Made by a program: the position numbers and the translations under genes. The notes under the pieces were generated by a model. It saw only the letters and a program-made list of their open reading frames with translations. It made no database searches and was not told the origin of the DNA. DNA of 64,000 bases from Octopus vulgaris. Its lineage: Eukaryota. Positions 54,647 to 64,000 of the stretch are shown piece after piece (within the stretch, counting starts at the first letter, position 1; each line of letters begins with the position of its first letter). The stretch covers positions 30,318,001-30,382,000 of the forward strand of contig OX597822.1 in assembly GCA_951406725.2 (NCBI GenBank), read 5' to 3'.

Positions 54647-55881
54647 TATGTTTGTGTGTGTGTGTGTGAGTGTCCCCCCAACATCGCTTGACAACCGATG
54701 CTGGTGTGTTTACGTCCCCGTCACTTAGCGGTTCGACAAAAGAGACTAATAGAATAAGTACTAGGCTTACAAAGACTAAGTACTGGGTTCGAGTTGCTCG
54801 ACTAAAGGCGGTGCTCCAGCATGGCCGCAGTCAAATGACTGAAACAAGTAAAAGAGTAATAGAATGTTCCGGTACGATTGTACGGAGACCTCGAGAGTAG
54901 AATATAGAAAGACAGACTGAAACCGAATGCAGAAGAAAGCAAAAGTCTTTGGTCAAACAGCTAGGATAATGAGGTAGAATATAATAGATATGCTGAATGG
55001 CTGAAGTTTTTCAATGGGGTTAAAACAAATGCGAAGCAAAGTGATATTGAAGTAATAACTCTAATGTTACGCATGCGAATCAAAAGAATCTCAACTGGAA
55101 AGCTTATGGGCCTGATTAGGTCCAAGGTATTTAATTGAAGGTGCTGGCATCTTTACATGAACGAATCGCAACTCAAATGACTTGTTATAAAACCGGCAGA
55201 GATACCCATAAAGATGACAGCCGGTAAGTCAGTACTCTGTCAGAAGGATCCTTCTAAATTTAATGCAGTAGATAATTATAGACCCATATCTTGGTGGGAA
55301 CACAAACCACCTCCAGTGCATGAAAATGACCACATCTCACTCCTCTGGAACTTCACCATTCAAACTGACAGAAAGATAGATGTGAATAGGCCAAACATAA
55401 TAGTAAAAGACTTCAGACAAAAAACATGTCCCCTCATTGATATGACTGTCCCAATCGATATAAACGTATTTGTCGAGACCTATCAGAAACTGAGCAAATA
55501 CAAAGATCTGGAAATAGAAATCAGCAAAATATGGAACCTGAAGACTAAAACAATACCTGTTGTCATAGGTGCCCTGGGAATGATAGCAAAAGGGGCTGAT
55601 TGCTACCTAACTCAGATACCAGGAAACCCCAAATTCAAAAGGAAGTGCTCATGGGAACTGCTCATATCCTACGCAAAATACTTTCTATGTAATCTCAAGT
55701 TTTAAAACTAACGTAATTTTCGTATATTTTTTATTATGCATTCACTAGTACAAAAGTACAAAACCAAATATATGGCACCCTAGACATAACACCAACACGA
55801 ACTTCCAACTTGTTGTCTCTTGAGGTCTCTGGGTGAGACTTAGAGACAGCTTGTGTAGATGTAAAGCAAAAGTCAAACATA

Positions 55882-55882
<1 letters not shown>
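54255..55882 (+). mobile_element. Older R4/Dong-clade LINE, RT deleted, interrupted by a SINE (54433-54860)
   Basis: VVIEELKQNMRAKASKLKR, NWKA.GPD, then KDPSKFNAVDNYRPIS joined directly to WWEHKPPPV..LLWNFTIQTDRKIDVNRPNI..KYKDL; ends in (TAA)n. Confidence 0.8.
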
Positions 55883-55926
<44 letters not shown>

Positions 55927-55933
55927 TAATAAT

Positions 55934-56974
<1,041 letters not shown>

Positions 56975-58589
56975 GCTGGAAACACTATTAAAGACAGTTC
57001 ATGGATTTACCAAAGAAATAGATATGAAATTTGGATTAGAAAAATGCGCCAAAGTAACCATGAAAAGAGGAAAACTAGTTAAGAGTAACAACATCACACT
57101 AGATAAAACCAATGTAATAAAAGAATTAGACCAAAGCCAAACTTACAAATACTTAGGAATCCATGAACTAGATAAGACACAACACACACAAATGAAAGAG
57201 AAAATAAAAAAAGAATATTATAGACGAGTTAGATCAATACTAAAAACAGAGCTCAATGCTAAAAACAAGATAATAGGTATCAACACTTTAGCTGTCCCAG
57301 TTATAAGTTACAGCTACAATATCCTTAACTGGACACGAAATGAACTGTCCAAAATAGATAGGAAAACAAGAAAAATACTGACAGGATCTAGGATGCATCA
57401 CCCAAAATCTGACATAGAAAGACTATATATACAACGTATAGAAGGTGGTAGAGGCCTTATACAGCTGGAAAACTACTATAAAATAACCACCATAGGACTG
57501 CAAAAATACCTACTTCAGAAGGAAGGAAAACTGATCCAGATAGCAGCAAAACACGAGCAAAACAAAAAACTGTTCTCAGTATTTAAGGAAGCTGACAAAT
57601 AGAAACAAGAAATCATACCACCTAATAAACACAAAGAAGAAGAAGAAGATGATGAAGAAACAACAAAAGCTATAAAACAAATGAAATCCAAACTAAAAAT
57701 AGAACAGCAACGAGCCATGATAAAACGATGGCAAGAAAAGCCCCTTCATGGTAAATACTGCACTAAACTAAACGCAAAAGAAATAGACAAAGAAAAATCC
57801 CAGCAATGGTTGAGAAGCTCAGGACTCAAAGCAGAAACAGAGGGATTTTTAATTGCAGCACAAGACCAAAGCCTCCCCACCAGAAATTACCAAAAACATG
57901 TAATGAAAAGAAATATTACAAGTAACTGCAGAACATGTGGAGATGGACAAGAAACAATAAATCATATTATCTCTAGCTGCCCAGTCCTGGCTAAGAAGGA
58001 ATATATTCACAGACATGACAGAGTTGGAACCTACATACATTGGAAGCTATGCCAACATTATGGAATAACAACAGAAAAAAGATGGTATAAGCACACACCA
58101 GAAAAGGTCACAGAAAACGAGAAAGCAACCATACTCTGGGATATGCCGATACACACAGATAGAGAAATTAAGGCCAACAGACCAGATATAGTTCTCAGAG
58201 ATCATAAAGAAAAAAAATGCTTTCTAATTGATGTATCAATACCGGCAGATGACAACGTGTCTCTAAAAGAAATGGAGAAACTCTCAAAATACAAAGACCT
58301 GGAAATAGAGGTATCTAGAATGTGGAACCTGAAACCAGAAACAATTCCTATCATAGTAGGTGCATTAGGCATGATAAAAAAATATTCAGACAAATACATA
58401 ACAAAAACACCAGGACTTACAAACACATATAACATACAGAAAATTGCACTACTAGGCACTGCACACATCCTACGCAGAACACTTTCCATACAATAACCAT
58501 CAGAGCATCACAACAAATCACAGCACATACCCAAGGCACACAGAGCTGCGCTCGGTAGTGAAGTGAAAGCACGCTATAAAAATAAAACT

Positions 58590-58593
<4 letters not shown>
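56975..58593 (+). mobile_element. 5'-truncated R4/Dong-clade non-LTR retrotransposon (RT end, CCHC knuckle, RLE) with one premature stop
   Basis: ORFs 56823..57602 and 57681..58496 share a frame and are separated by a single TAG. Motifs MKFGLEKCA, YKYLG, GGRGL, AAQDQ, CRTCG..ETINHIISSC, RHD, NRPD..D and KYKDL; (TAA)n flanks. Confidence 0.93.
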
Positions 58594-58662
<69 letters not shown>

Positions 58663-58774
58663 CCTTTCAATTTAGGGACAAGGTCTGAAATTTGGGAGAG
58701 GGGATAGTCGATTACATTAACCTCAGTGTTTCAATGGTACTTAATTTATTGATCCCAAAATGATGAAAAGCAAA

Positions 58775-58970
58775 GGATGGCTGAAAAAGTTCGGTGCAAG
58801 TCTGAAGGTAGAACACCTGCAAAAATCAGCATTGGTTGGAACTGCAAGAATTCTTCGCAGGATTCTTGAAATATGACCAGTAAACAAGTGTCACCTTAGT
58901 CTGATGGCTGTGGACAACTGACACTTTCCATCATACACAGCAAAATAAGCTGTGAGGTTTCATATGATGA
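58775..58970 (+). mobile_element. 3' tip of another R4/Dong-like LINE
   Basis: VEHLQKSALVGTARILRRILEI* followed by (TGA)n(TAA)n. Confidence 0.7.
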
Positions 58971-58975
58971 TGATG

Positions 58976-59048
<73 letters not shown>

Positions 59049-60318
59049 GTATTTAAAAGTATACTGTGAAGTATTTGACCACTTTTCAAGCGTGTTGCAG
59101 TAATGCCAGTCCAGAAACCAAGGGAAATAATTCGAATTTAATCCTGACTTATCTCCCTTAGCGTGACAAACACCGACGGCACAAGCGTATTGATATATAG
59201 ATAATAATCACAAGCCAAGAAATCACGGAAACATTGACGATTACCTGGTACCCTCATGAATTCTACCAGGAATAAGACCAAACCTGAGTCAAGTCGAATA
59301 ATAATAACAATACTATCTACTACAAGAATAAGCCCGCAAGTTTGGGCGAAGGAGCGAGTCGACTTTTTCGACCTCAGTGCTCAACCGATATCTATTTTAT
59401 TTACTCTGAAAGAAAGAAAAGCAGAAGTGACCTGGGTTACATTTGAACTCAAAACGTAAACGCAGAAGAAATGCTGTTACGCATTTTGTACTTTATTTTA
59501 TCGACCCCGAGAAAATGTAATTCATAGTTGATCTCAGCAGGATTTGAACTAACAGCGATTCTGCCAGCTTGTCGCCCTTACCCCAAAGTTTAATTACATC
59601 CTTGATGGCGTGAAAAATCAGTGGCGTTAACATTATAACATAAACGCAAGCGATAATGTCGAAAAGAAACACAAATGACAGAAAAAGATATGCTATAAAG
59701 TAGTGATAACTCTGGGCAGGTTTCAGTGTTATTAGATCTCTTCAGTGAAAATTAGTCACACTCACACATACAAGGTAATAGAATAAAAAAAATAATGCAG
59801 AAATTTTAGTGGAAAAAACTTGCCCTGGATATCAATCTGAGGGTTTATGAATATATATCTTTGTATTTGGAATTATGATGCAAGCAGCAGCATCAACAGC
59901 AGCATTGACAGTAGTAGTAGTAATAGTAGTAGTAGTAGTAGTAGCAGTAGTAGTAGTCGTAGTATTAGTGGCAGTAGTACTTGTTGTAGTAGCAGTAATA
60001 GTAGTATCAGTAGCAGTAGCGGTAAAGGTAGTGATGGTGGATTGATGTTCGTGGAGGTGGTGCTAGTGGTAGTAGCGGTTGTGATATTGATGTTGTTGTT
60101 GTTGTTGGTGGTAGTAGTAGTATTAGTAGTTGTAGTGGTGGAGGAACTAGCTGCTTGAGTTTAGAAAATGACCGGAAGACAACGCTTATACTCCAGCGCT
60201 TCTCACTCTCTATTAGCTCTGACTACAAAGGCAAAATGTTTCTATAAATATACATACACATACACACACACATATATATATATATGTGTGTGTTTATGTG
60301 TGTAGGTGTGCGTGTGCG

Positions 60319-60468
<150 letters not shown>

Positions 60469-60574
60469 TATACACATATATATATACGTATATACATATA
60501 TATATATATGTATATATACATACATATATATACGTATATATATATGTATATATATATACATATATGTATGTATG

Positions 60575-60606
<32 letters not shown>

Positions 60607-60870
60607 AGCACGCTCATACATATACATGTACATATGTACTTGTCTACACACACACATACATGTTGTATGTATTATGTATGTATATTTAAATGGAACTTAC
60701 AAAATAATTTCAATTTTGAGTCTCTAGTTAAAGTTAAGAAAGGGAAAACAATAGAAAGAAAAGGCTTGAAGATGTGGAGGGGGTTGCAAAGTCTACTAGT
60801 TTTCATAATGAAAATACTAGAGAAAAAATATGATACGACGTTTGAAAATTCATTTCGTTTCAATAAGTCT

Positions 60871-60902
<32 letters not shown>

Positions 60903-61022
60903 TACATACACACTTTCACACATACAATCATACATACCTACATGTGTGTGTATTTATATTTCTATCTGCATATGCATATATATGTATATATATATATATA
61001 GAAATACATTACACACGCACAG

Positions 61023-61071
<49 letters not shown>

Positions 61072-61119
61072 CAAACACACTCACACACACGCACGCACAT
61101 ATCCTTTTATTTCTTTTTT

Positions 61120-61326
61120 ATTTTACTTGTTTCAGCCATTTGACTGTGGCAATGCTAGAGCATAACCTTAAAGGCTTTTTAAATCGAAGATATCAAACCT
61201 AGGACTTATTCTTTGTGAGCCTTGTACTTATTCTATCGGTGTCTTTTGCTGAACCAGTAAGTTACAGGAACGTGATCACACCAACATCGTTGTCAAGCGA
61301 TGGTGGCGGCGAACACACAGACACAC

Positions 61327-61373
<47 letters not shown>

Positions 61374-61515
61374 CGGGCTTCTTTCAGTTTCCGTCTACCA
61401 AATCCACTCACAAGGCTTGCTAGGCCCGAGATTATAGTAGAAGACACTTGCCCAAGGTACCACGCAGTGGGACTGAAACCGGAGCGATGTGTTTTGGAAG
61501 CAAGATTCTTACCAC
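61120..61515 (-). mobile_element. Abundant SINE copy
   Basis: Reverse complement of the 16714-17128 family. Confidence 0.8.
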
Positions 61516-62089
61516 TTTGAATTGCAAGCAGTTCCATTATGTGAAAATTAGTGATGACACATACTCAATGTACGTGTGTCGCCGCACGCGTTTTCGCCAC
61601 AAAGTGTGTAAAATTTCGTCCAGGGAAAGTCCATTTCAGAAGTATTGTAATGAAAAACACAGTATACTTGATATACTTGAAAGCCACGAGAAACGCATCA
61701 CCTCGGAGATGAACGAGAATAATGAATATCGATATTTCGGTGTTATTTCAGCTCATCTGTTCAGGATACTCGATTCGCACTTGAGACGAATTCAAATAGC
61801 TGGCTTGAAATATATAGAAATATCGTAGAATCTAAACACGACGGGGCCCTGAAATTCCTGACTTTGGGTAAAAGAAAATACAGGAGCATCAGTTAATTAT
61901 AATATGTATTCAACATATTCCCCTCTCAGATTTACACACTTATTGCAGCGATCCTTCAGATTTTCTAAGTTCTCTAAATAAACTCGGAAGCTTGGGTCTT
62001 CAGCTACGTCTTTCGTGATACTCTTAAAGCCAGAAACGTTTCAGCACACCCTCGTACTGATGAGTAACAACAACGCACAAAATATAAAT

Positions 62090-62400
62090 TTTCATTTAAA
62101 AACAGCTTCATATAACCATTATCCATGTCACATACATAATGTCACAAAACATGCAACATACCTGTTAAATATGATTTGGACGTTGAAAGAAGGCAGAATA
62201 AGCGAACCTCAGATAGAACGGAAAATTATTTTTAAAGCCAAAACATACAGAGTACGGGGTATGAAATGTGAACTATGTATTACTGAGAAATTATACAATC
62301 AACATCTTCCTGTATACACAAGCAATATTTTGCACTCAAATATTTCAAAGAAGAGCGACTATCTGTCACAGTAACCCAACCAGGATAGCCCTTCTCCTAA
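62090..62400 (+). mobile_element. Penelope-like element C-terminal remnant (GIY-YIG-associated)
   Basis: ATYLLNMIWTLKE..IERKIIFKAKTY....KCELCITEKL resembles the PLE T.LS..IW.LK....W.I...A..Y.....C.LC..EK motif. Confidence 0.6.
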
Positions 62401-62828
62401 ACGTGAAATCTGAACATACATAACACACAAACTCCACACAGACCAAATATGCCCCAATGACGAACTACCTCAGCACACAAGTATTAGAACACTATACCCA
62501 GAATAAAAACAAAATAATGCAAATAAATTGACCATACAACAATGTGCCCAAAGACAAAACGATGAGAGACAAACATCCAAAAGTTGCCAACGAAGTGTAG
62601 CGTAACTTGATCATCTCCGCGAATACCTTTCTGCAAGTGATCGGCTTGAAAATTTGTTAAGATACTATGATATTTTCCTCTTTTTCTTAACATGAAACCA
62701 ATGGAAGCTTTAATTCACAAATAAAGAAATTATATCCAACAATGCGGTGTTGAGTACACACTTTCATCCTTCGACATTTACGTATACATACGTACATACA
62801 TACATACATACACACACACACAGACACA

Positions 62829-62917
<89 letters not shown>

Positions 62918-63680
62918 GAGTTTGTGTGATTGCGTATATAAGAATATATTAATTAATGAAATTAATCAATGAAACCTACTCTGACTTTAACGTTTTATTA
63001 TTTACAATTACACATTATGATAATAGAATATTATGCCTTTATTTTGATAAAAAAAAACTAGTACTTCCATGCGTTAGGCAATCATCAGGTTTATGTAATA
63101 GTAGAGGCAGTTGTGTTCCACAGTTGACAATTCACACTCACACACACGCGCGCGCATTTTGTTCTGTAGTTCCATTTGAGGATGAGAAGCGCTGGAATAT
63201 GTGCTTGCTTCTGGTAATTTTCCCAATTTGAATTATGATGTAAAGTTGTAGCACAAGCAATAGCCCATCTCAGATTTGAAGGGCGGCACTCCGCTTTGGG
63301 TCTCACTCGAGCCTTGTAGAAAACTAAGTCTAAATATGTAAGGAGCAGTCTCTAGGGTCCAGTGTTTCCGTATCGGGAGAAGCCAGCAGAAAACGTTAGT
63401 GATTGCGAGACATAACATTTGTTGCGACGTTCATTGGTTTTTGGTGCGCGTTGACGAATTTAGGTTGTCGAATAAAAATCTGTAGGCTTAATTCGGCAAA
63501 TTCGAATCTCTTTTAATATATGATCTCCGCAGTATGTTACAATAGATAATTTAGCATATACACGCAGGGTTACGGCAATGCTTTTATGTGAAACAGAAAA
63601 GATGGTCTGTAGGAAGAAATAGCACTTTGTTCACGATCATTCTACGATTTATTTAGTAGACGGAAACTGAAAGAAGCCCG

Positions 63681-63733
<53 letters not shown>

Positions 63734-64000
63734 TATAAGAAGGGATGACCACTAAGTGGACATCCAATATGCTAGAAATAGATCACCTACGATCTAACCA
63801 CAAAGGAAAAGAATGTTCTCTAGAAAAATTCAGCATACACCAGAACATAAGCAGGTAAGTCTGGTTGGGAAATAACTTTACCAATTAGACATTAAAATGG
63901 ACTTGGATTTAATTGACTCCACACACTTCTTTTTAATTAAGAAAGATACTTTATTGGTGTATATTTTGCATCAACGTGATTTCTTATCTGATTCTACTGT

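Noticed and set aside
59847-60158. Ser-rich then hydrophobic ORF resembling a membrane protein
   Set aside because: Derived from (AGT)n/(GTT)n/(GGT)n trinucleotide repeats.

Overview
Eukaryotic, AT-rich, microsatellite- and repeat-saturated DNA. The repeat content (tRNA-derived SINEs with an internal (TA)n/(TG)n core, Nin-type SINE domains, R4/Dong LINEs, Penelope and mariner relics) points to a coleoid cephalopod, most likely Octopus; this is inference. Most ORF-track entries are translated microsatellites. The main content is one spliced + strand gene that the ORF track catches almost only in its last exon. Eleven GT-AG exons from 21822 to 48640 join with consistent phases into 2076 nt (691 aa plus stop). 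They encode a partial plakin domain (spectrin-like repeat, SH3, helical repeats) joined by a short linker to three C-terminal plectin-repeat modules, with no rod, spectrin array or EF/GAR tail. Its 5' end is unresolved, with candidate exons at 9470, 13420, 19377 and 21706. Other notable structures: a 27-nt copy of a coding exon at the junction of an intronic CRE-like retroelement fragment; a duplicated 3' region with two parallel poly(A)-like modules; a (TAA)n hotspot with stacked R4/Dong copies and a TAA-bound ~550-bp non-coding element; fold-back elements; degenerate hammerhead-like motifs; and inverted intronic SINE pairs.
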